From contig JAQGDQ010000653.1 in NCBI GenBank assembly GCA_030141605.1, forward strand, positions 1 through 48,149: DNA of 48,149 bases, read 5' to 3'. This document shows positions 9,753 to 20,900 of this stretch, one piece after another; position 1 is the first letter of the stretch; every line of letters begins with the position of its first letter. Both the position numbers and the translations under genes were made by a program. Source of the stretch: Tubiluchus corallicola (lineage: Eukaryota > Animalia > Priapulida). The notes below the pieces were generated by a model. The model did not search any database. It was not told the DNA's origin and saw only the letters and a program-made list of their open reading frames with translations.

Positions 9753-10637
9753 TCACTGATTACACATCAATATATCCCTTTCAGAATTCACTCTCACAGC
9801 TTTAGTATTTTCCGCTTTTCTTATGGAAATTTGCCCTTGGTTTGTCCATAAGAACTTGAAATTATTATTTCGTTTCGCTTCTAGACATTTGTTGAATAAT
9901 ATTTTCCTGTTCTTTGTTAAGTGTTCATTGACATAAACTTTGCCATTTCCATTGTATCCTAGATCCTTTAGTGTGGGGGTATTTGTTCTCCCCTTGTACA
10001 CCAAGTCTCTTGTGATACATCTCGTGAACTTGACAATAATAGGGGGAGTTCCTTTTTGGGTTGGAATCCTATGTGTAATGCTGATATCACTCTTATCGAG
10101 ATTAATGTTCATTTTTCCTGCAACTTGGATAACCAATTCTGTGGTGTTTTCATCTGGTAAGACTGGTATTCCAGCTATGAGTAGATTATCTCTTCTCATA
10201 TACTGTTCTAGAGCATCAATCTCACATTCTTTTTCCACTAGTTTTGACTCGAGGTCATTTACAGCCTTTCTCAGAATAACATTTGTCTGTTCACTCTTTT
10301 TTAGCTGCTTGACAATATCTGCGTATTTGTCATTTAGCTCATCGTACTTCTTCGATAGAAAATTTTGACTTTCCGAGATGGAACTCAGGTCAGTCGAGAT
10401 GGTTTTCAACTGCTAGGTAAAATCTCGTCTCAGCTTCACCAATTCGTCCATTATGTTGTTACTATCCTGATCTTCATGGAAAGAAGATCCGATATTGCCA
10501 TCATCATGTTCAGAATCTGTGTCATCAGAACTCACATCTGTCTTTGTTGGCGTCAACCTAGATTTGGGCGTGGTGGCACCCACTAGAAAGCTCTCCACTG
10601 AAGCTATTTTCTTAGATTTCTTCTTTGCTTTAGGCAT
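9753..10637 (-). pseudogene. LINE ORF1 (coiled coil + L1-type RRM + FP25K-like C-terminal domain) with one in-frame stop
   Basis: ORFs 10413..10637 and 9753..10409 share a frame, separated by a single TAG (RRDFT*QLKTIS). Motifs LEQYMRRDNLLIAGIP, ITHRIP, PPIIVKF, VYVNEHLT, FKFLWTNQGQISIRK. Confidence 0.88.
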
Positions 10638-11061
10638 TATAGCCTATTGGATTCACTCGATCGATGATTACAGGCAAAAAAATCGGTTTAAGACACGTTA
10701 TATTACAAATTTTTCGCTAATATAATCGAAAATATTTCTCAGCTTAAATTTTATAAACCGGCGCCATTTGCGACCGCAGCGTCTCAAGTGACATCTTATC
10801 TGATTTTTTTGTAGCCTATGTATTTCGTAGTTAGTATGTTACGCATAAGTTTACCAGACTAATTAATTAGTTTATTTCACTTTGCAGATGTTTAGAAACA
10901 GACAGAGTCTCTGCCATGTTGGTCAGAACAGTTCGTATTAAGTGTTCGGTCTTAGAACACTATCGGATATTACCCCATGAATGAACCTTCTTTTTTCCAA
11001 GCACTGATAAGTGTGGCACCTTTGGGAAAAGAAGAAGTTTTCCACACAATTTAGTTTTGTG

Positions 11062-12330
11062 ATGCCTACCAAAGGTAAAAAAAAATCGCTGATATTGCAG
11101 TTTCGAAACTGTCGAATTCTCCGTGACCATCATCTGAAATGGGAAGATCTGTGGATACGAAATGGAAAGCTACTTAATCCAGAACATTTGTTTTATATTG
11201 AGAAAGGCTATGCTGATGTGCAGATTGACATGGCTGGAGCTATAATTGCACCTGGTTTCATAGATGTCCAAATAAATGGAGCTTTTGGTTTTGATTTTTC
11301 TGTTTCAACAAATCCAGCTGATGCATTACTTCATGTGGCAAAGGGACTATTACAACACGGTGTCACTTCATTTTGTCCTACTATCATCTCTTCTCCAAGA
11401 GATTTGTATAAGAATACTCTGCATTTAATAAAGAAAACAGAAGGCAGTAATAAAGGTGCGGGATGTTTGGGAGTACACTTAGAAGGACCTTTTATTAATC
11501 AAAGCAAAAAGGGTGCACATCCTGGAGATCTGATTCTGCCATATGATAATGGCTTTGTCGATGTTTTAGATGTTTACGGTTCAAATCTAGACAATGTCGC
11601 CATTTGTACAATTGCTCCAAATCTCATAAATACTGAGAAGGTGGTACAAGAATTAGTAAAAAGTGGTGTAATAGTGTCAGTAGGGCATTCTGATGCATGT
11701 CTCGCAGATGGAGAGGCAGCTGTGAGAAGTGGTGCCTCGTTTATTACACATTTATACAATGCAATGGGAGCATTTCATCACAGAGATCCTGGCCTAGTTG
11801 GATTGTTAGCTAGCAATGTACTATCTGAGGGTCACAAGTTATTCTATGGTGCTATTGCTGATGGAATACACACTGATCCCTCTGCACTGCGAATTGCGCA
11901 TCGAACTTATCCCAAAGGAATTGTGCTAGTAACTGATGCTATGGCTGCAATGGGGCAGCCTGATGGCAAATATCACATAGGTAAGCAACTCGTTGAAGTT
12001 AAAGACAACAAAGCTACATTAGCTGGCACTGATATTCTTGCAGGAAGTATAGCCACCATGCAGACATGTGTGCAGTGTTTCTTTGCATCAACGGAGTGTA
12101 CAGTTGTTCAAGCTTTAGAAGCAGCTACTTTGCATCCAGCTCAGTTACTACGGCTAACGCATCGTAAAGGAACCTTGGACTATGGTACCGATGCTGATTT
12201 GGTGGTTTTAGATGACAAGCTTAATGTTTTAGCCACGTACATAGCTGGCGAACAGGTATGGAAATGTCAAGATACACCAACATTTCGAGAAACGGTCACA
12301 GGTGATAGAAATTTGTGGGATGACGACTGA
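11062..12330 (+). CDS. AMDHD2: N-acetylglucosamine-6-phosphate deacetylase (amidohydrolase domain-containing 2 / NagA), 422 aa, single coding exon
   Basis: Motifs PGFIDVQING, GVTSFCPT, HLEGPF, KKGAH, VGHS, THLYNAM, FHHRDPG, IADGIH, LVTDAM (catalytic Asp), LAGS, ATLHPA, GTDADLV. The metazoan-type N-terminus ILQFRNCRILRDH follows the ATG at 11062; the ORF-track start at 11011 is GTG. Confidence 0.96.
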   Translation: MPTKGKKKSLILQFRNCRILRDHHLKWEDLWIRNGKLLNPEHLFYIEKGYADVQIDMAGAIIAPGFIDVQINGAFGFDFSVSTNPADALLHVAKGLLQHGVTSFCPTIISSPRDLYKNTLHLIKKTEGSNKGAGCLGVHLEGPFINQSKKGAHPGDLILPYDNGFVDVLDVYGSNLDNVAICTIAPNLINTEKVVQELVKSGVIVSVGHSDACLADGEAAVRSGASFITHLYNAMGAFHHRDPGLVGLLASNVLSEGHKLFYGAIADGIHTDPSALRIAHRTYPKGIVLVTDAMAAMGQPDGKYHIGKQLVEVKDNKATLAGTDILAGSIATMQTCVQCFFASTECTVVQALEAATLHPAQLLRLTHRKGTLDYGTDADLVVLDDKLNVLATYIAGEQVWKCQDTPTFRETVTGDRNLWDDD

Positions 12331-12667
12331 CTAGTGCGTATTTTAAGTCGACAAACTAGCACATATTTTATAATTTATTTTGGGGCCTGTATACTGTTCC
12401 CTGGTCGTGACTTCATAAGCTAGTTTTAACTTCAACTGTACATAGACTTGTTTTTTTATATTATTTTTATCGTTCTTGTAAAGCATTTAAGCTTCATGAT
12501 ATTGCTACAATTATTTTATATGTTTACAATGTTTACCGTGTTGTAAAACAACTCATGCTAAAGCTCACTTCACAGTTATTCTGTATCCACAGTTAAATCT
12601 GCACATATACACTTCTGCATACCATAATTGAAAGAATTACTGGGCTAGCTTATTAGTTAGTCCAGCT

Positions 12668-13521
12668 AATGGGCGCCGTCAGACGAACACACTGACGCAC
12701 GTGCATTCACAGAATTTCTTACAAACATTGTTTTATGGCTAAATAAAGTTTTATAGCAGTGAACCAAGAAACACACCAAACCCTTGTTTGTTTGCACAGT
12801 CTCCGAGCAGTCAGTTGATTTGCATAGTGAAGTTATGTTTATGTATATCACTTACATAGTGTCGACTCTCTTATCGATTTCCATTGTCTAGACAGTTTTT
12901 AGCTATCTGTTACTGCACTTCTGCATTTAGGGGGTGGACCTAAGGGGCCTGGGCCCCCCTTTCACAGTAGTAGTGAAATTATGAGTCACGAGTTTGAGGT
13001 GAACTTGCCTGAGGAATTAGCTTCTAGGAACCGCAAAATGGTCTATAATGCAGTAAAATTGCATTTAGCTGTGTCCAGTAAGAAAAATTAGCACTCATGC
13101 AAACAAATTAAATTTTGTATGAACGGTGGATGGGCTGTAAACTTAACAGTCTCAAATCAGTTTTATGTTTGATTATTCACCTTTTGCTGGGTAGATAATC
13201 ATGACACTAAATAAATTAAGCTTAAGTAATGGGTCATCTGCATTGCAGTGCATTACGAACTTGCTTTAAAGGACTACTACAATAGAATAGAATGACTATT
13301 ACCTAGGTAAAATGTAGGTGAAATGTATTTATTAAGGCAGAATTTTTCAGATTTGATGAAGTCTATGTAGCAGAATTTAGATCTCATTTGAGGCCACCAA
13401 AATGTCCTTAAATACAGGAAAATGCATTGAAGCCCGGACCCCGCTGGGGGAGCTTACAGCGCTCCTCCAAACCCCCTGGCTGCTTGAACCTCCTATTTAT
13501 TAACTTCTGGCGGCGCCCATG
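12668..13521. mobile_element. Non-autonomous TIR DNA transposon (~850 bp) with 9-bp target-site duplication
   Basis: TIRs ATGGGCGCCGTCAGA (12669-12683) and TCTGGCGGCGCCCAT (13506-13520); AGTCCAGCT duplicated at 12659-12667 and 13522-13530. Contains the GCTGGGGGAGCTTACAGCGCTC motif also found near 24865. Confidence 0.85.
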
Positions 13522-13923
13522 AGTCCAGCTACCTGTTCTTTGTGCACAGAATCTATAGATGCTGCAACCATTTATCCTTATGCATCTGGCATGAACCGCA
13601 TTATTATTATTATTGTAATGTAACTAATAATTATTACAACCTCATCTGAGCATTAAAATTGTGTGAACAATTCTTTGCCTTTAAACTACTTTAAACTTGT
13701 CTTTCAAAATTAGTTGTAACTTGATCTGCTGAAGGAATTTCTTTCTCATGTAAATTTTAAAAAGGCGGTTTTGCAAAATTTTTCTTCACTGTTATGTCAT
13801 GTTTTAATACTAAAATTGAAAAGTGGTTTCAAATTTTTATACTTTGCTTCTAAAGATGAAATTGGTTTTACCATTTGAACACTCTAGAGTAGTGCAAGTG
13901 TGTTTGTACAACAATTTGTTAGC

Positions 13924-14059
13924 ACCTCTAGGTACAAACTTGTAACTTTTAACCGAATAATAAATCTTTTACAAAAGGTGTTTGATAAAGTACCTCTAGG
14001 TACAAACTTGCAACTTTTAACCGAATAATAAATCTTTTACAAAAGGTGTTTGATAAAGT
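13924..14059. repeat. 68-bp tandem duplication
   Basis: ACCTCTAGGTACAAACTTG(T/C)AACTTTTAACCG...TTTGATAAAGT at 13924-13991 and 13992-14059, one mismatch. Confidence 0.95.
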
Positions 14060-14804
14060 AAGTTTTGTGTAAATAATTTTTGTGTTATATTTTAGACAAC
14101 TCATGTAATCACAAACAAACAAAGTTCAACATGTACTGAGTTCTATTGCAAAGTTCTTATTTTCATGAAACATAAACTGTTCCAGGAGTTACAAGCAGCT
14201 TACCATTACTAGAGGACCAAAGATTCAGATATACGATTTCTACTGAAAAACTGTGCAAAAATGGAATAATTGTTCAAGTTTTCCATTAAAATGTGGCTAA
14301 CTATCATATTAAGAAGTAGCTTTTCACTCCCAAAGCGTTATTTTGACCACGGAGTTTGCAATTATCAAAAGAATGTAACAGTAAAACCTGTACATCTTCA
14401 GAAACTAGAAAAAATAATTTTAAGTTTAACACTACATTACATACTACTAATAATTAGCACAAAAACATTACATAATAAATTCACGTCAAGGCTATTTGCC
14501 TAAGATGTCACCATACATGTACTATTTACTATCACTCGTGGAAATGGAGAATTTCACAAATATCATTTTCGTGATTAATAACAAATTTTATTGATACAGA
14601 TTTAATAGTGACTCAACATTATGGGCTATTGTACACTGTTTCACCTTAATGCTATTATGATGACAAAAATAGTTGATGTTTGAACCTTATCATGTGTTTG
14701 AACCTTATCATGTATGCCATTCTGATAACTAGGGAACATCAGCAGTAAAAATTGCATATAATATTCTAACATGCTCCATTTTTTAGTAAGTACTGATCTG
14801 TAAA

Positions 14805-14938
14805 TCATAACATAAATGCAAACTGCCCTCTCTCTGTCATTTTCCTAGGAGATGTGTGAGTCCACAATGTTTGTATCTTTGGCTCGAGCCAGTAGTCATC
14901 GCCAATGGTCTGATACAACTCCTCTCCCCAGAGTGTTC
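14805..14938 (-). CDS. NDUFA13: NDUFA13 coding exon 5
   Basis: TTTCAG|GA ACA CTC TGG...; TLWGEELYQTIGDDYWLEP...FAFML, TGA at 14807-14805; AATAAA on the minus strand at 14587-14592. Confidence 0.92.
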
Positions 14939-17900
14939 CTGAAACCGCACAATAAAACCAATTAGAAAACAAGCAGTAGCAGTTAAAGAGTTAAATCTTC
15001 TACGTAGCCAAGCAAGTGTTAATCTCCTAAGTTAATAACAACATGTGTGGTGTGACATTTTGAAAGGAATAAAGGAAAACCTGACATAATATTAAGCCAA
15101 GGCTCAAAATGATCTAATGTTTAAAATGTTGAAACGGAAAATCTCGTTTTTTTTTCAAGAATGACTTACGTAAAAGAATTATTACCATGGAAGTTTAATT
15201 TCTCGTTTGCAAACTGCTACAGATCATCATTAGCAGTGCTTACCTGCCGTTAATTAAGCTTCTAAGTTAATATTTAATTACCAGAATTGTATATTTTTAT
15301 GTATATTTTATCGTACTTCAAAAAAGCGATTTATACGTCTTGCATACATGTAGAAACACAATTCACAAGTAGCAAGATGGCCAGCAAAAATGGAATCTCA
15401 ATTCAGGAAAGACTTTATAAGTGGGTATTTCATTCTTACTGTTATTATATTTGTAGTGGTTTGCCGCTCGTAATATGCTGGCTAATAATGCATTGATTCG
15501 CCGTTGAAACGTTTAAAGAGACTATCTAAGGCAAAAGATGAATTAACGCAACAATCAAAGTAAAGCTTACAACATTAACATTTATTTCGGCTAACGAAAT
15601 ACGTAAATTTAACTTGACAACCGCATACACTATATGATAACCTCATAAACCTCACGACATTCTCGTAAATGCGTGTTCTAGCACCTGCCAGCATGCAGTC
15701 CATTGTTCGCTAAATGCAAAAACTGGAAAACACAACAATGCCTGCCGATCATTAATAGAGGGCAGCACTGTCCATTAAGAGTAAATTCCATCGGGCAATT
15801 CCAATATTTTAATGCGTGACGTTCTTAAAACAGTGCTGAAGGCATTTTTAATGTTAAGCTGAATCATGGCTTTGTTAATACCTACTTCAATGCACTACAT
15901 GGAATAGATGAAAAAGTATTGGTAACGAGGTACAGCGTGCCAAAGTTTTAGGGTGATGTCACTAGAATCTTGTGCTTTATTATTGCAGCATGGTTAAATT
16001 TCTGTTTTCACATCATTGCTGCTTTTATATCACTGTGAGGTCGTCTTGTGCTGTACAAATAATGCTTCTGACAAAAACTGATTATATTTACAATTTCCAA
16101 AGGATAAAATAGTAAGAATACAGTCGATTCTTAGGTGTAATGGATGAGGAAAAAATTGGACACTTAAGCATCATGACAGAGTTTGTTCTGTACACTGAAA
16201 TTACAATCATTTCATTCATTTATATGAATCCATGAGCTGTGCAAGTCCAAACTGAAGTGTGTTTAGGAAAAAAATTGTAGGCTTAAGTAGTTAATATGGC
16301 TTTATGTGAAACGTTTTTGTGAGTTACAATAGTAATACCAAAGTAATTATTACCAATGTAAAAATACTCGAAAATTGTTCAATAAATCCTAATCCAGGCT
16401 AAATTTACTCTTGATTCAAGTTAGCCTAATTATTACCTTTAACTGCCGTACAGATGGCCTAAACTACATTTTGAGACTCAATCATATTTTGCCTTCACTG
16501 CTACTTTAAAGGGTTGCAGTTACTTACCGACTTCCCATCCTTCCACATTCTTCATTAACTCACGTTCAGTTTCTCTGTTTCTGTAACACGTTTTCAATAC
16601 CCTGCAAACAAGAAAAAGCGCCTTGTAAAAGTTTTACATAAGCGAAAGCTTCAGTAAGTAAACTGCCAGTATCTACCTACAGTTAATGTTAATCAGAACC
16701 AATCCAGAAGACTCTACAAACAAAAGCAAAATTGTTGATGAAACGAATCCCAAAATCATTAAATCTTTAAACCAAAGTTGGCCAAAACAAGGGAATGTAA
16801 AATAGTCTGGAATCTGAATTGAGTCTAGATTTCAACTAATTCAATTCAATTTGTTTATTTGTCCGAATGATCACATTACAGTACATGCAATGTTAATGCA
16901 ACATAGACACAGAGACGAGGTGGCAAAAAACCTTATGGTTGCCGAGTCGAGCCACCCCTAACTTAAATAATATGAACTAAACTGTAGTGGTAACCTGAGG
17001 TATTTGGATTAGCTACCTACTACAAGGTCACAGCTTCCTTTTCCAGAAAGCTGTGACGTTGTAGTAGTAGGTAGGTTTTAATACAGTCTTTGGTTAAATA
17101 CGTGTACAAAACACATTTACACAGAACTTTACACTTAAAAGGACAAGAAAAGGGGTACCTGAAATAGGTTTCAGAAAAATCATCTTAAAAAATCATACTA
17201 CTTTACAGCAGCTTTATGCACATATCGCATGCGCATCGAAAGGACTTTCCGACGGCGCCATTGCATGATGTCGCTACGCCACGTAAATCAGGGGAAGAAA
17301 AGGAAATGTTAAATTATGTCCCAAAAAACTTTCCCTGCAAATCTATATTACTTAGTATTTCACTTACCTGCTGGAAAGACTTACCTAACTAGACTAATAA
17401 TTTAAAATGTTTGTGCCAATTGGTAAAATGTCGCTTACTCACCCTCCAGGGTGTCCCACTCACTAGCCAAAAACTTATTGACAAGATACAGTAATTTTAA
17501 AATTTTACTTAACTAGCAACATTTATTTTACGAAGGCTCTGATTATTTTTTCAAACTATACTTACATGTAATGTTATCAAAACTTGTTTCAAACGACATA
17601 CCATTAAAATGGCTGCGCCTAATGGTCTTCGTGGGAGTTTAAATTTACACGTTTTATACAGCGTTATGGCCGATGCAAGCCATGCATACAAGAAGGTAGT
17701 ATGTAAGTGGTATAAAATTTCGAGACAAATTTTTTAAGCTTTATGTAAGTGGAGGGTTTTCTTGTGCTTTAACAGAGACATCTGCTTTTAGAAGGAAATT
17801 TCCAAAAACATGCTGATTTTCCAAATTTTTATGTGCAAATTTTTTCATCACAACAGTAAGAATAATGCACAAAAAGTTATTTTTTATTAATGTCAACTAA

Positions 17901-20900
17901 GACAAAAGTATCGGTACAGCTTTGTCATGCAAGTACGCCTTAAAAAAGTAGTGAGTAAATTTGTAGAAATTGAGTGGTTAACACCTAAATGCTTTTTTTT
18001 GAGAACTTTTAAGTGACGGTTACTTCCGCATTAATATAAAGCACTATAACCATCTTATATAAGATGACACTCTAAAGCTATTTAAATACAGGACTGATAC
18101 TAAGCAGCAGATATATTGATGCTCTTTAATACTTCACATTTTTAGTGAAATGTGCAAGAATATACAAATATACAAATCTCTTAAATCCTATAAAAGAAGC
18201 TTTCACTTCGTTAAAGAAAAATGATATTAAAGTGAAACAAATTTAAAGCATAATATGATCTTACGATGTGAGTACGTAATATGAATACTGTTGTGAATAC
18301 TGTTAATATGAGTACTTACGATCTGTGGCGTTCTGCCAGGTGAAATGGGTACATTGCCAACCGCCCGTCATTTTGCTCCAATTTATCTTTCCTAAAAATA
18401 AAAAATAACACAAGATGAAAAAATTGAAATTGTGATACAGTAACTTTGTGACTAAATATAAGATGCAATTTTGCAGAAAAGTTTGAAAATAGTAGGATAA
18501 ATCGTTTCAGCCAACAGACATACAAAAATGTCCCAATTTTGAGTTTATAGACTCCATTTTACATTTCAAAGTTACACGTCACCATTCCTAGAGTAGAATA
18601 TTTCAAAATAATTTTACCAATGTCAATGTATCTTATACCAAAAGTCAATCAAAGCAGGCATATTTACCAAATTCGATATGCAGACTAAACAGACCATAAA
18701 GGTAAATTAAATATAAAAATTTTGATGTATATTGCTATGTATAAACAATTTTATTTTACACGTAACAATGAGATCAAGCAAGCATACTTAATGCAAGGTT
18801 GGAATCTTACATTTGTAGCTCACCTAGTCAAATTTCAGTTAAAATAACTATCATTTCATTCTAAAGACCTGACAACAAAAATATGTTACTTAATATAGGA
18901 TAGGTGCATCAAAGTGCAATAAATCTTCAGATTAACATTTTGGCACTTAGACATGCAAGAAACAATGATGTAAAAACCCACAACTTTTTCACTTTCAGTA
19001 AAAGAAGTAGATTCAGAGGGACTGGGATCACTCTTGTACTTAAACGTTCAGGAGTAACAGGCACACAAAATCGTTAAATGTGTGGAAATACATCTTCAGC
19101 TGCAATACATGAAGGAAGGCAGACAAAGCTACTAGACAAGACTTCTGCTTACTATATATCTTATTTTGGAGGTAAACGATTGTGACTGATTTTGGTGTTG
19201 CAAAACATCCTTTGCATTTCACTGACATTAAATAATATCTAAAAAGCATGCATGCAATACATTTGCACTTGGTAATTTGTGTTAATCAAGTTATGTAATG
19301 ATTAGTATGTCTCAATGTCACCCGTACCAAGCTTGCACAACAATTTAATCAAATATTTACGGGGTAAAAACTACAAACAATGCATAAGTTGATTACAAAA
19401 TGTACATATAACAGTAATAACACATTAAAACACATACTACATTCATAACAACACAATAACACGAGTTGAATCATTAGCATAACTAATGCTTGTGGCTTCG
19501 TGGGCGGCATTTGAGTTAAGACGTTGCTATGTTTAACAGGGAATTTAAAACATCATAACAGTTGATTGAGTAAAATAAGTTTAGTGTCATCAAAATACTT
19601 CAAAGATAAAGTTAAGATCAGTCTTCATAAATTTATTAATAGAACCACAATGTTATACCAAGTGAAGATATTCGAAATCTCCAAAGCTACATTGGCAAGC
19701 CAAGAAGCCACTGAGTCACAATTATTATTACGCAAATAGAAATTACGCATTATAGAAACCACACCAATGTGAAAACGTGCGCGAATGACTTTATGTAAAT
19801 AAAGTGCAACCGCAAGCGAGATTATAATGTGTTTCACAGTTAACTCAAAATGTGTAGCGTGTTGACAGCAAACTTTGACAACAAAGACCAACTATGTTAC
19901 AAATATCACATTGACATTACATTACTAATTATCATCTTGCCACGTGCAGTAAGCAACATTTTCGTGGAAAATTAAATTGTTAGATGTTTGCCTTTCTACT
20001 GTTCTGACAATGCCAGTTTGTAAAGATTGTTCAATAAGATTTCCTGTCTTGTGAACAATGGCTTCAGCATTTTAGGAGTTTTAGTGTTTGTTAAGCACCA
20101 TTGTTTAGGAGGTGCCCTGTGCATCGCCATTGGAGCGTATAGACTGCTTAGTGTTGCTATTTAGATAAACCATCAAAGAATGTTAATTAGGCTAATTGTC
20201 TTCTAAAGTTCTTATCCCAGTGCTGTCACCACACCAGTGAAGACGAGAACAAAAAGCAAACTCATGCACAAAAAATTAAAACTCCAAACACGTTAAAGCC
20301 ATTGTAGGCAAGACAGGAAATCTTATTAAACAAACTTCTTTACAAACTGGCACAGAATAAACTTTTCCATTGCACTTTATCAAAATGCTGCCCTCTGAAA
20401 AGTGCCACCCGGGGTGGACCACCACCTCTGTCCATCGTTTCGCCACTGAGTTGAATACAATTATTTAAACCAAAGACAGAACATGAAACTTTGATGTAGA
20501 AGCCATTGATGTATATATTACTATTTTATACTTACTGAAGTCGTCTCCAGTTTATTCCGTAAATATAAAATCCTGTTGCTGTTACGGCAATGTAGATCCC
20601 AAATGTAACATAACCTGAACAAACGGAAAAGACTCAGATTATCAAAATTGTAGTTTCAGAATAGTACCATTGCTAAAGTTTGCATACTTAATTTAATGTG
20701 AAGAACTCCTGCATTTGATTTTACATGTACAAACATTTTAGGCCAATAATGTTCAGTAGGTGATCATCAGTACAGTAGGTAAATGTATAATCAGGTGGCC
20801 ATGTCATGTCAAGCAGTACTAGAGCTAGTCAATAAATGTTTCTTATTTGTCTGAGTTCAATACTCGCACGTGGAAGTTTCATTTGTCATTTTGCTAATTC

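Larger units (their letters stand above)
5685..10795 (-). mobile_element. Near full-length L2/CR1-group (Crack/Daphne-like) non-LTR retrotransposon, inactivated
   Basis: ORF1 + ORF2 (PHD-APE-RT), ~770-nt T-rich 3' UTR with a stem-loop at 5816-5865, and a tandem (ATGTCT)n tail at 5685-5703. The short 5' UTR contains AAATGGCG. No TSD seen; 5' end approximate. Confidence 0.93.

Noticed and set aside
5670-10795. GATGTTCACTT (5670) and AAGTGACATC (10786) as inverted repeats flanking the LINE
   Set aside because: Only ~10 bp with an indel and does not extend; likely chance.
11011-11061. N-terminal extension of AMDHD2 from the ORF track
   Set aside because: It starts at GTG; homology begins just after the ATG at 11062.
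11062-12330. Bacterial nagA horizontal transfer
   Set aside because: The N-terminus and FHHRDPG motif are of the eukaryotic AMDHD2 type, and composition matches the host.
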